From: Candidatus Altimarinota bacterium
GTDB lineage: Bacteria; Patescibacteriota; Gracilibacteria; UBA1369
Length of the DNA: 32,000 nt
NCBI GenBank assembly: GCA_041659405.1
Contig: JBAZYK010000001.1
Span: forward strand, 180,001-212,000
Direction: 5' to 3'
Position numbers and translations under genes: made by a program. Position 1 is the first letter of the stretch. Each line of letters begins with the position of its first letter. Positions 15,425 through 22,687 of this stretch are shown one piece after another. The notes beneath the pieces were generated by a model. It was not told the origin of the DNA and made no database searches. It saw only the letters and a list, made by a program, of their open reading frames with translations.

Positions 15425-15982
15425 TCACTTTGTTTGCTCAACTCTCTTTATTCTATCATAAAAAACCAAAATTAGGAAGATGCTTATGGTTAAAAGGCTA
15501 TCGGCAAGATTAAAAACAGGAAAAGAGCCCACCGAAATATAATCAATCACATATCCTCTAAAAAGGCGGTCGATAATATTTCCGAATGCTCCGGCCATAA
15601 TCATACTCATGATTATTTGGGCTTTAGGAAGCCGTAAATTAAAGTAATTCGCAATAAAAAAAGGTAGAATTACAATTAAAACCAAGTTTAAAATGATTAA
15701 AATCGTGTATGGCAGTGGGATACTCCAGGCAATACCCGTATTTTGCTCATAGCGCAGAGAAATCCCTGGCAGCAAAAAAAACGGTTTCTGCCAATACATT
15801 TGGGCGGTCCATTTCAAGAATTGGTCCAATATGACCAAAAATCCGCCGGAGACACCTATTTTTAGCAAGATTTTCCCGCCATGCACGAAGTTCTTATTTC
15901 TACCGTAAGCGGAGCGAGCTCCATGGATTTCTTTAAGATTGAACATTCTTAACATTTTCAATAATCTATTATCATTCTGCAT
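15425..15982 (-). CDS. lspA: Lipoprotein signal peptidase (signal peptidase II); start codon uncertain
   Basis: ILDQFLKW, GNIIDRL and FPVFNLADSLLTI match the LspA conserved Asp-containing blocks. In-frame alternative starts are ATG 15946 and GTG 15886; the latter gives a typical protein of about 153 aa. Confidence 0.8.
   Translation of the reverse strand: MQNDNRLLKMLRMFNLKEIHGARSAYGRNKNFVHGGKILLKIGVSGGFLVILDQFLKWTAQMYWQKPFFLLPGISLRYEQNTGIAWSIPLPYTILIILNLVLIVILPFFIANYFNLRLPKAQIIMSMIMAGAFGNIIDRLFRGYVIDYISVGSFPVFNLADSLLTISIFLILVFYDRIKRVEQTK
15879..15922 (-). repeat. 44-nt GC-rich interspersed repeat, copy D
   Basis: The minus strand reads GGAGCTCGCTCCGCTTACGGTAGAAATAAGAACTTCGTGCATGG, matching copy B at 34 of 44 positions without gaps (hand count). 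Confidence 0.7.
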
Positions 15983-16075
15983 GAAGGACTTAATTTAGTC
16001 CATGGATCTGTGAAAAATCGCCGGTCCATTATCTTGTTTTTAAAGCCTGAATTTGTTAGTATCCATGGGTATTTA

Positions 16076-17299
16076 ATGAAGATTATGGCCATCCTGAAAA
16101 AATCAAAAACCGATCATGTTTTGTTTGCGCTGGTTTTGGTTTTGATGATTTTTGGGCTGGTGATGATTACGAGTATTGGAGTTTCGAAATCCGTGGATCT
16201 TTCGGCTCATGATGTTCTTTACCCCAGCTGCAGCGATGCGAATGTTGATTGCTATCTGCTGTTTAAGAACCATTTCATTCGTTTGATTTTTGGCTCTCTT
16301 GCACTGTTTATTGCGTCAAAAATTTCTTTTAGATTTTGGAAGAAAATTTCCGTGGTGCTGTTTGGGCTAACTGTCATTATTCTTTTTCTGGTTTTGATTT
16401 TTGGTTCAAGCTCAAATACTTTTGCTAAAAGCTGGCTGGTTTTGTTTAACACATCATTCCAGCCTATTGAATTTGCAAAACTGGCCATGATTTTTTATTT
16501 GGCCAATTGGATGGAAAAAAAGAGTGGTGAAATTGAAACCTTTCAATATGGATTTTTGCCTTTCTGCATTGTTACGGGCGTGATGATTCTGCCAATTCTT
16601 CTTCAACCCGATATGGGAGGAACTTTGGTGGTTGGCATAATTGCAGTTGCGATGTTTTTTGCGGCCGGGGCCAAAATAAGGCACTTGGCGGTTGGAGCTT
16701 TTGTGGTTTTGCTGATGGGAATAATTGTGGTTACAAGTGTTGGTCACGTTAGAGACCGTTTCCAGGCCTATTTTAGCGGCGATAAAAACTGTAAAGAAGA
16801 CTACTGTTGGCAATCCGAACAAGCCAATATTGCGGTGGGCAGTGGCGGTTTTTGGGGGAAAGGGTTAACCCAGGGAGTGCAAAAGGCTGAATGGTTACCA
16901 CAGGCTTCCGATGATTTTATTTTTGCAGCTTCGGCTGAAGAATTGGGATTTCTGCTGATTTTGGGTGTAGTTATGCTGTACACAGCGATAGGTTACCGGG
17001 GGCTTAAAATTGCCCGCCATGCTCCTAACCGCTTTACAATGTTAACCGCCGTTGGAATTACAACCTGGATCGTGGCTCAGGCGTTTGTAAACATTGCCGT
17101 AAACCTTGCATTGATGCCGGTTACGGGCATTACTCTTCCTTTTGTAAGTTATGGTGGATCTTCACTTATGTCTGTTTTAATTGCGATGGGTATTCTTTTA
17201 AATATTTCTAAAAACACAACTGCCTATGCGTCTAGTTTTGAGCGGGGGGGGAACGGGAGGGCACATAATCCCAAATATCGCTCTTATTCACGAACTTAA
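16076..17299 (+). CDS. ftsW: SEDS family protein FtsW/RodA (peptidoglycan polymerase / lipid II flippase family)
   Basis: About ten TM segments. Conserved blocks are QPIEFAKLAMIFYLA, LQPDMGG, SDDFIFAA..EELGF and LPFVSYGGSSL. The ATG at 16076 is preferred over the listed GTG at 16010, which would leave only 27 nt to the divergent lspA ORF. Confidence 0.85.
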   Translation: MKIMAILKKSKTDHVLFALVLVLMIFGLVMITSIGVSKSVDLSAHDVLYPSCSDANVDCYLLFKNHFIRLIFGSLALFIASKISFRFWKKISVVLFGLTVIILFLVLIFGSSSNTFAKSWLVLFNTSFQPIEFAKLAMIFYLANWMEKKSGEIETFQYGFLPFCIVTGVMILPILLQPDMGGTLVVGIIAVAMFFAAGAKIRHLAVGAFVVLLMGIIVVTSVGHVRDRFQAYFSGDKNCKEDYCWQSEQANIAVGSGGFWGKGLTQGVQKAEWLPQASDDFIFAASAEELGFLLILGVVMLYTAIGYRGLKIARHAPNRFTMLTAVGITTWIVAQAFVNIAVNLALMPVTGITLPFVSYGGSSLMSVLIAMGILLNISKNTTAYASSFERGGNGRAHNPKYRSYSRT

Positions 17300-18386
17300 A
17301 GAACGCTCCAGCCAAAGGCCGGATGCGCAACTTGAACTGCTTTATATTGGCAGTAGAAATGGCATGGAAAAAAAGATGATCGAAGATCTGCATGTGCCTT
17401 ATTATGGCATATCTACGGGCAAACTTCGTCGTTATTTTTCTTTGCAGAATTTTATTGATGTTTTTAAAATTCCAATTGGTTTTGTGCAGGCATTGATTAA
17501 ATTGATTGGATTCAAGCCAAAGGTGGTTTTTTGTAAAGGTGGTTATGTTTGTTTTCCGCTGGTGATGGCCGCCCGTCTTTTAAAAATTCCGGTAATTCTT
17601 CATGAATCCGATGTTACGCCGGGGCTTGCCAATAAGCTTTCCGCCCGCTTTGCCACTACGATCTGTATTTCTTTTGAAGAAAGTCGTAAATTTTTTCATG
17701 GTAATAAAAAGATTGTTCTTACCGGAAATCCCGTTAGAAAAGAATTGATGTTTGGCAATAAAGAAGATGGTTTGCGTTTTGTGGATTTCAATGAAGATAA
17801 GCCGATATTACTGTTTATGGGTGGAAGCCTTGGTGCTGAATTTATCAATGAATTTGTTTGGAAAAATCTGGATCGGTTGCTGATTCATTATCAGGTTGTG
17901 CATATTTGCGGCCAGGGGAAGAGCAAATCTCCGGAAGAACTTTTAAAACTACTGGACGAAAAACGTAAAAAAAATCTTTCACGTTATCGCATTTTTAATT
18001 TTGTTCAGCAGGAATTAAAAGATCTATATGCGCTTGCTAATGTGATTATTACGCGCGCCGGAGCCATCACGCTTTCCGAGATTGATTTCTTTGATAAACC
18101 GGCCATATTGATTCCTCTTCCCGCAAAAAATGTTAGCAGAGGTGATCAAATTGAAAATGCTAAAATATTCGCTAAACATCATCTTTGCGCGATTTTACAG
18201 CAGGACGAATTTACGGATGAACAATTCTTTGATGAACTTAAACATTTGCTTCAACCCGGGCTAAAAGATAGTATTCCGGCGAAGAGAAAGGAGCTCGCTT
18301 CGCTCGCGGCAGAAGCAGGCACTTCGCGCGTGGTTCCGAAAACCACCGCACTGCAAAAGATCGCAAACTTAATCGAAAATATATGA
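17226..18386 (+). CDS. murG: Undecaprenyldiphospho-muramoylpentapeptide beta-N-acetylglucosaminyltransferase
   Basis: N-terminal LSGGGTGGHIIP signature and a GT28 C-terminal block (FMGGSLGA ... ITRAGAITLSE). It lies directly after ftsW, as in dcw clusters. Confidence 0.9.
   Translation: MRLVLSGGGTGGHIIPNIALIHELKERSSQRPDAQLELLYIGSRNGMEKKMIEDLHVPYYGISTGKLRRYFSLQNFIDVFKIPIGFVQALIKLIGFKPKVVFCKGGYVCFPLVMAARLLKIPVILHESDVTPGLANKLSARFATTICISFEESRKFFHGNKKIVLTGNPVRKELMFGNKEDGLRFVDFNEDKPILLFMGGSLGAEFINEFVWKNLDRLLIHYQVVHICGQGKSKSPEELLKLLDEKRKKNLSRYRIFNFVQQELKDLYALANVIITRAGAITLSEIDFFDKPAILIPLPAKNVSRGDQIENAKIFAKHHLCAILQQDEFTDEQFFDELKHLLQPGLKDSIPAKRKELASLAAEAGTSRVVPKTTALQKIANLIENI
18290..18333 (+). repeat. 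44-nt GC-rich interspersed repeat, copy B (inside the murG 3' region)
   Basis: GGAGCTCGCTTCGCTCGCGGCAGAAGCAGGCACTTCGCGCGTGG, with ungapped similarity to copies A, C and D. Confidence 0.7.
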
Positions 18387-19534
18387 AAATAGGTGTTAAT
18401 GGCCGCTTTTTAACGAAACTTTATACCGGAATAGGTCAGCATACCTATCACCTTTTTAAGACTTTGGCGGAAAAAAATCCGCTTGACCTATTTGTGATTG
18501 TTGTTCCTGAAAGAGTTAATCTTAAATTTGGAAATAATGTGGAAATTTTCCTGGTTCCGGAAAGTTTTCCCGGAACCGATGGGATGAAAAAAACTTATTG
18601 GGAACAGCGACAAGTGCCCCGTTTTCTGCTGCAGCAAAAAGTCGATCTTTTGCATTTTCCTTATCCTGGTAATCCGTGGAGAAGGTTTAAAAAACCGGTT
18701 TGTGTAACGGTGCACGACACGATTCCATGGACTTTAAGCGCTTATCGTAATTCCGTTTTAACACGTCTTTATCAGGATAAAGCGCGTAAGGCCGTTAAAA
18801 GGGCGCGACATGTTTTTACGGTTTCCAAAACTTCACAGGAAGAAATTATTGAAATTTGCAAAGTTAATCCGGAAAAAATCAGTATCAGTTACAATGCTCC
18901 GGCTCCGGAATTTTTTAAAACGGCCACGCAGGAGCAAAAAGATTCGGTTTTAAGGCATTACAATCTGGAAAAGAATCGTCCGTTTTTCCTGTACATTGGC
19001 GGATACGACGAACGCAAAAATGTTTCAACTTTGGTGCGGGTATTTTTGGAAAAAATTGCGCCTTTTTATGAAGTTGACCTGGTGCTTGCGGGCGGCAAAC
19101 TGCATCAGTCTCCGCTTTACGAGAGTTATGACAAATTGACAAATCCAAACCAGAAGGGTAGCGTGAAATTGAAAGGAAAGCTTGTAAGGACCGGTTTTGT
19201 TGATCAGGAAGACCTGCCCGCTCTTTACCAATCATCGTTTGCCTTCGTTCATCTTTCCGAAAAAGAAGGATGCAATTTGCCGGTTTTAGAGGCGGCAGTG
19301 AGCAAAACGCCTTTAATTATTTCCGATATTGCAGTCCACAAAGAAATGATGGGCGAATCCGCGCTTTATTTGAATCCACATGACGAAGATCGCTTGGCTC
19401 ATATTATGGCTTCAATCCTGATTGATCCTTACAATTATCAAAAACAGAAACAAAGAATTCAAAATTATGTTTGCCCTTTCTCCTGGGAAAAAACAGCGGA
19501 AGATGTAATGGCGGTTTATAAAAAGTTGGTTTAA
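18383..19534 (+). CDS. Family 4 (GT-B, group 1) glycosyltransferase
   Basis: C-terminal EGCNLPVLEA...P.I.SD block (the E-x7-E type region) and overall GT4 layout. Its ATG overlaps the murG stop (ATGA). Confidence 0.85.
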   Translation: MKIGVNGRFLTKLYTGIGQHTYHLFKTLAEKNPLDLFVIVVPERVNLKFGNNVEIFLVPESFPGTDGMKKTYWEQRQVPRFLLQQKVDLLHFPYPGNPWRRFKKPVCVTVHDTIPWTLSAYRNSVLTRLYQDKARKAVKRARHVFTVSKTSQEEIIEICKVNPEKISISYNAPAPEFFKTATQEQKDSVLRHYNLEKNRPFFLYIGGYDERKNVSTLVRVFLEKIAPFYEVDLVLAGGKLHQSPLYESYDKLTNPNQKGSVKLKGKLVRTGFVDQEDLPALYQSSFAFVHLSEKEGCNLPVLEAAVSKTPLIISDIAVHKEMMGESALYLNPHDEDRLAHIMASILIDPYNYQKQKQRIQNYVCPFSWEKTAEDVMAVYKKLV

Positions 19535-19598
19535 TCAGGTTGGCAAAATAAATGGTGTTCTCCGCATTCTGTGGCGGAAATTTGTAACCCATTTGCCC

Positions 19599-19823
19599 AT
19601 GACTCTCTTCTGGATAATTATTTTCGTTCATCTTGGTTCGATTCTTTTTCTGATTTTCTGCATGCAGCGTGCTTTGCATTATCTTAAAAGATACAAGCTC
19701 GAAGAAAACAAATACACCAAGCTTTTTTGGGTTATAACACTCAAACATATTATTATTATTTATGTTATCGTTGTGCTTTTATTTGCAGCTATAAGCAGTT
19801 TTTATATGTATACTTTGCTTTAA
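19599..19823 (+). CDS. Small two-helix membrane protein (hypothetical)
   Basis: Two clear hydrophobic helices (LFWIIIFVHLGSILFLIF and IIIIYVIVVLLFAAISSF) separated by a basic loop. There is no homology call, and it could be spurious in AT-rich DNA. Confidence 0.35.
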   Translation: MTLFWIIIFVHLGSILFLIFCMQRALHYLKRYKLEENKYTKLFWVITLKHIIIIYVIVVLLFAAISSFYMYTLL

Positions 19824-19837
19824 TTTTTTTTAAATGT

Positions 19838-20446
19838 ATGGACGAAAATATTAATCTCAATAAGGATTTACACTTCAAAGGGCAATACAAAAATGAGCAT
19901 GTTATTACCTTTTTTAGACGTCACTGGATTACGCTTTTGCCGGAAATTATCATGGTCGTGCTCTTTATTTTTGTGGTTATTTTTTTAGTAATAATGTTTG
20001 GACCTATCGTCTATAACCCGACCTTCAAGCCATTTTTCCTGGTAGCAATTGTTATTGGAGTGCCGCTTGCAACCTATTTTATGCATATTGTTTTTCTGGA
20101 ATTTATTAAACATTTTATGCAAATGGTGATCATTACCAATTATCGCATTGTTGAAGTAAAGAAAACTATTTTTATTAAAGATAACGAGGACACTCTTTTT
20201 TTGGAAAACATTCAGGATGTAAAAAAACAGCAAAATGGCCTTTGGAAAAACATTTTTGGTTTTGGCGAACTGGTAATTGTGATGTCCTCAAGCGATTTAA
20301 AGACGATCAGCTTTGTACCAAATCCGAATTATCATTTTAGGCTGATAAGCAGAATTAAACAGGAATTTAATCAGCAGCATCGAATGGAACCGCAGCAAAA
20401 CAGAGTAGATTTCAGTAAGAATATTCGGGAAAATGATGTGCTATAA
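19838..20446 (+). CDS. Membrane protein with bacterial PH-like (bPH/YdbT-like) organisation
   Basis: FRRHWITLLPEII, two TM helices, then a beta-rich domain (ITNYRIVEVKKTIF ... GELVIVMSS) as in bPH_2-type proteins. The start is moved to ATG 19838. The listed N-terminal extension from 19727 is Tyr/Cys-rich junk that overlaps the previous ORF. Confidence 0.6.
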   Translation: MDENINLNKDLHFKGQYKNEHVITFFRRHWITLLPEIIMVVLFIFVVIFLVIMFGPIVYNPTFKPFFLVAIVIGVPLATYFMHIVFLEFIKHFMQMVIITNYRIVEVKKTIFIKDNEDTLFLENIQDVKKQQNGLWKNIFGFGELVIVMSSSDLKTISFVPNPNYHFRLISRIKQEFNQQHRMEPQQNRVDFSKNIRENDVL

Positions 20447-20488
20447 TGGACGACGGTTGATTAGGTTTTTGTTATTTTTAGACTGCTT

Positions 20489-21037
20489 ATGAATTTTAAT
20501 TTTGAGAATTTTTTCGGCACAGACATTCTAATTCCAGCCGCTTCCGCAGCGATTCTTTTGATAATTGCTTTTACCTTTTTGTTCTTATATTTTAAAGGTT
20601 TGAAGGAAAATGTTCACGCTTTTTGGGTCTTGATGCAGGCAAAAATCGGCCTTCGTCTGGACAAATTACCCAATCTGATTGAAACGATTCGTGGAAATTC
20701 AAAAGGGCAGGAGCCGATTATTGCGGAAATTATTAAATTGAGAAATGAAGCCTGGAAGGTCACAGATCCTTCACCTAAAAAAGTGCAACTGGAGCTTAAT
20801 TTAAGTTCTGATTTACATGGAATTTGGGATACTCTTGCCAAAAATGGCGACCTGCAAAATAATGTAAACTTTCTGGCTATTCGTAAAGAGATCATTGATT
20901 TGGGCCAAGAAATCGATCGCATGGCTGACGAATACAATGATAAAGTTCTTCACTACAACAAAAGAGTTGGCTGGTTTTTGCCATTCGCTTTTGTTTTTGG
21001 ATATAGAAAATTACCTGTTTTTGAGTTTGAGGCGTAA
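20489..21037 (+). CDS. lemA: LemA family protein
   Basis: N-terminal TM segment. LDKLPNLIETIRG ... IIAEIIKLRNEA ... YNDKVLHYNKRVGWFLPFAFVFGY match the LemA helical-bundle blocks. Confidence 0.85.
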   Translation: MNFNFENFFGTDILIPAASAAILLIIAFTFLFLYFKGLKENVHAFWVLMQAKIGLRLDKLPNLIETIRGNSKGQEPIIAEIIKLRNEAWKVTDPSPKKVQLELNLSSDLHGIWDTLAKNGDLQNNVNFLAIRKEIIDLGQEIDRMADEYNDKVLHYNKRVGWFLPFAFVFGYRKLPVFEFEA

Positions 21038-21039
21038 TC

Positions 21040-21114
21040 TGGAGCCGGAGGCGGGATTCGAACCCGCGACTTACTGTTTACGAAACAGTTACTCTACCCC
21101 TGAGTTACTCCGGC
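21040..21114 (-). tRNA. tRNA-Thr (anticodon CGU), with encoded CCA
   Basis: The minus strand reads GCCGGAG TA ACTC AGGGGTA GAGT A ACTGT TTCGTAA ACAGT AAGTC GCGGG TTCGAAT CCCGC CTCCGGC T CCA. The cloverleaf is complete and the anticodon loop TT-CGT-AA gives the anticodon. Confidence 0.95.
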
Positions 21115-21186
21115 TAGCCTAGCTAGTAAGCGCCCCCTTGGCTCTCTTACTTAAAACGCGTGCCCATTATAGGCAAGTTAGGCTTT

Positions 21187-21216
21187 AAAAAAAAGTTTAT
21201 TAACGAATTCTTCGTT
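21187..21216 (-). terminator. Possible terminator ahead of the tRNA promoter
   Basis: The minus strand reads AACGAA-GAA-TTCGTT (6-bp stem, 21202-21216), then AATAAAC and a U8 run (plus-strand A8 at 21187-21194). Downstream, TTGCCTATAATG looks like the tRNA promoter -10. The gap between stem and U-run is suboptimal. Confidence 0.35.
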
Positions 21217-21500
21217 CGCTTCTTGAAAAATTAAGCTGGGTGAACTCAATAATATTTTTGCCTACACGGATTTTGCCTGAATTACGGGAGCGATTGCCTC
21301 TAGGTAAAGGCATTGGATCAAACAGGCGAGCTACACTAACCGGGGCGAAAAGACGAGAAATCATACGAGATGAGGTTATGAATTAAAAATGATATTAGTT
21401 TTTTGAGTCTGATTTTTGAGACGAGTAAAGAATGAGGAAAAATTCCTTTGTTAAAGATTATTTCCAATGGTTGTTTGAGCTGCTAAATTTTAACGAACTT

Positions 21501-22121
21501 TTACCGCTTGTAGTAGCGCAATAATCCGGTTACAACACCCTGGACGCACAGTTCGCCTTCGGGATAAATGTTGTCGTATTTGGGATTTTCCGGCTTAAGA
21601 TAAACCTTTCCGCCATCTTTCATATAGCGCTTAACGGTGTTCTGATTATCGACCAGAGCCACGACAATATCGTAAGGTTTTGGCTCCAATTCGCCACAAA
21701 CGACCAAGATATCGTCTTCAAAAATTCCGACATCGACCATGCTGTCCCCTTTTACCCGCAACAGATAAGAATCTTTGCCTTTATAAATAACGTCTTCACC
21801 AACATTAATCCATTTTTCAATGTATTCTTCAGATAAAACCGGTCCACCAGCCGGAATCATGCCCAACAAAGGTAACTTCACTTCCAAAGTTTCCAGACGT
21901 TTTTTAACGTTGGATAAAAGTTTAATGCCACGAGGAGTATTATCTTTTTTAATGTACCCTTTCTCTTCCAGAGCTTTTAGATGTTTTAAAATACTGTTAT
22001 CGGAAGTAACTCCAAAATATTCACGCATTTCACGCAAAGTTGGAGAAGATCCGTTTTTAATTTGGTATTCTTCAATGTAATGAAGAACCGCTTCTTGCTT
22101 TTCTGTAAGGGTTTCTGACAT
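21501..22121 (-). CDS. lexA: LexA repressor (S24 self-cleaving)
   Basis: N-terminal wHTH (LTEKQEAVLHYIEEY...GSSPTLREM). Cleavage-site region LLGMIPAGGP. Catalytic Ser in VKGDSM and Lys in NTVKRY. Confidence 0.9.
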   Translation of the reverse strand: MSETLTEKQEAVLHYIEEYQIKNGSSPTLREMREYFGVTSDNSILKHLKALEEKGYIKKDNTPRGIKLLSNVKKRLETLEVKLPLLGMIPAGGPVLSEEYIEKWINVGEDVIYKGKDSYLLRVKGDSMVDVGIFEDDILVVCGELEPKPYDIVVALVDNQNTVKRYMKDGGKVYLKPENPKYDNIYPEGELCVQGVVTGLLRYYKR

Positions 22122-22150
22122 AGGGAGAAGTTAAATTCGTTTCCATTATA

Positions 22151-22168
22151 GGTGAGTATACGCTCACC
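22151..22168. promoter_or_regulatory. Palindrome abutting the lexA -10 box (operator candidate)
   Basis: GGTGAG-TATACG-CTCACC (6-bp arms). On the lexA strand it is immediately followed by TATAAT (plus 22145-22150), 23 nt before the ATG. Confidence 0.35.
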
Positions 22169-22186
22169 GTCAAATCTTTTTTTTAA

Positions 22187-22202
22187 AAACAGCGTTTGCT
22201 GT
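22187..22202. promoter_or_regulatory. Palindromic motif AAACAGCGTTTGCTGT (SOS-box candidate 1)
   Basis: ACAGC-GTTT-GCTGT has perfect 5-bp arms. It shares the 12-mer AAACAGCGTT(T/C)G with the inverted copy at 22282-22294. Confidence 0.3.
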
Positions 22203-22281
22203 CTGTTTATGCCAAAAAAAGATCATTGTAAGTTTGAACAATGGTCCCCATAAAACATTTATTTCAATAAAACTTCCCTTT

Positions 22282-22297
22282 CGAACGCTGTTTGACT
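22282..22297. promoter_or_regulatory. CGAACGCTGTTTG motif overlapping a TTGACT -35-like hexamer (SOS-box candidate 2)
   Basis: The reverse complement CAAACAGCGTTCG matches 22187-22198 at 11 of 12 positions. The half-site GAAC resembles the GAAC-N4-GTTC type of LexA box. TTGACT (22292-22297), a 17-nt spacer and TACTTA (22315-22320) sit 7 nt before the ATG at 22328. Confidence 0.3.
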
Positions 22298-22327
22298 ATG
22301 ATGCATCTGCTTTGTACTTAAGATGCT

Positions 22328-22651
22328 ATGGATTTTAAATTTGTAAAAATTGTGGTTTTTACCCCTTTAACTCATGCTGATCAAATTCGTGAAGCCTTAG
22401 CCAAGGCTTGGGCTGGCCAGATTGGTAATTATGACAGTTGTTCATTTTCCAGTCGTGGGATTGGGCGATTTCGTCCACTTAAAGGCGCTAAACCTTTTAT
22501 TGGAGAAATGGAAAAATTAGAAGAAGTTGAAGAAGAGCGCATTGAAGTCATCTGCTCAAAAGAAAATCTGGAAGCGACTTTAGCAGCTGTAAAAGAGGCT
22601 CATCCGTATGAAGAACCGGCCATCGACATTATTCCACTGCTGAATAAGTAA
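22328..22651 (+). CDS. Small PII-like / NIF3-insert-like protein (COG3323-type), function unknown
   Basis: VKIVVFTP..HADQIREAL..AGAG.IGNY..CSF...G.G.F.P..GA.PFIG ... EE.RIEV is the pattern I associate with the stand-alone YqfO/NIF3 insert domain family. Confidence 0.6.
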   Translation: MDFKFVKIVVFTPLTHADQIREALAKAWAGQIGNYDSCSFSSRGIGRFRPLKGAKPFIGEMEKLEEVEEERIEVICSKENLEATLAAVKEAHPYEEPAIDIIPLLNK

Positions 22652-22687
22652 ACAGCTATTTAAAAATCCTATAATTCGCAATTGAAC

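Noticed and set aside
15371-15430. Fifth copy of the 44-nt repeat. The minus strand reads GTGAGCTCAGTCCCGCCATGGCGGGGCACAAATAAAACATCGCGTAGCGATACC, sharing GAGCTC, GGCAC, TCGCG and GCGATA, and sharing CATGGCGGG with the flank of copy D.
   Set aside because: It does not align without gaps, and the shared words are short. It also contains an 18-bp perfect palindrome (GTCCCGCCATGGCGGGAC, 15402-15419) that may simply be a hairpin after lspA, although no U-run follows. At best it is a diverged relative.
17244-17251. G8 run as a phase-variation (slipped-strand) switch for murG or ftsW.
   Set aside because: In the murG frame the run encodes the conserved Gly-Gly-Gly of the SGGGTGGH signature, so its presence is explained by coding constraint. 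It is retained only as a possible source of assembly error in the overlap finding.
19727-19837. N-terminal extension of the 19727..20446 ORF (MGYNTQTYYYYLCYRCAFICSYKQ...).
   Set aside because: It has aberrant Tyr/Cys-rich composition and overlaps the preceding small membrane ORF in another frame. The internal ATG at 19838 gives a sensible protein.
21200-21364. 54-codon Arg-rich ORF on the minus strand downstream of lexA (MISRLFAPVSVARLFDPMPLPRGNRSRNSGKIRVGKNIIEFTQLNFSRSERRIR).
   Set aside because: It is below the track threshold and has no Shine-Dalgarno sequence or recognisable domain. Its composition could arise from translating structured or GC-patchy DNA. It is kept only as a note inside the spacer finding.
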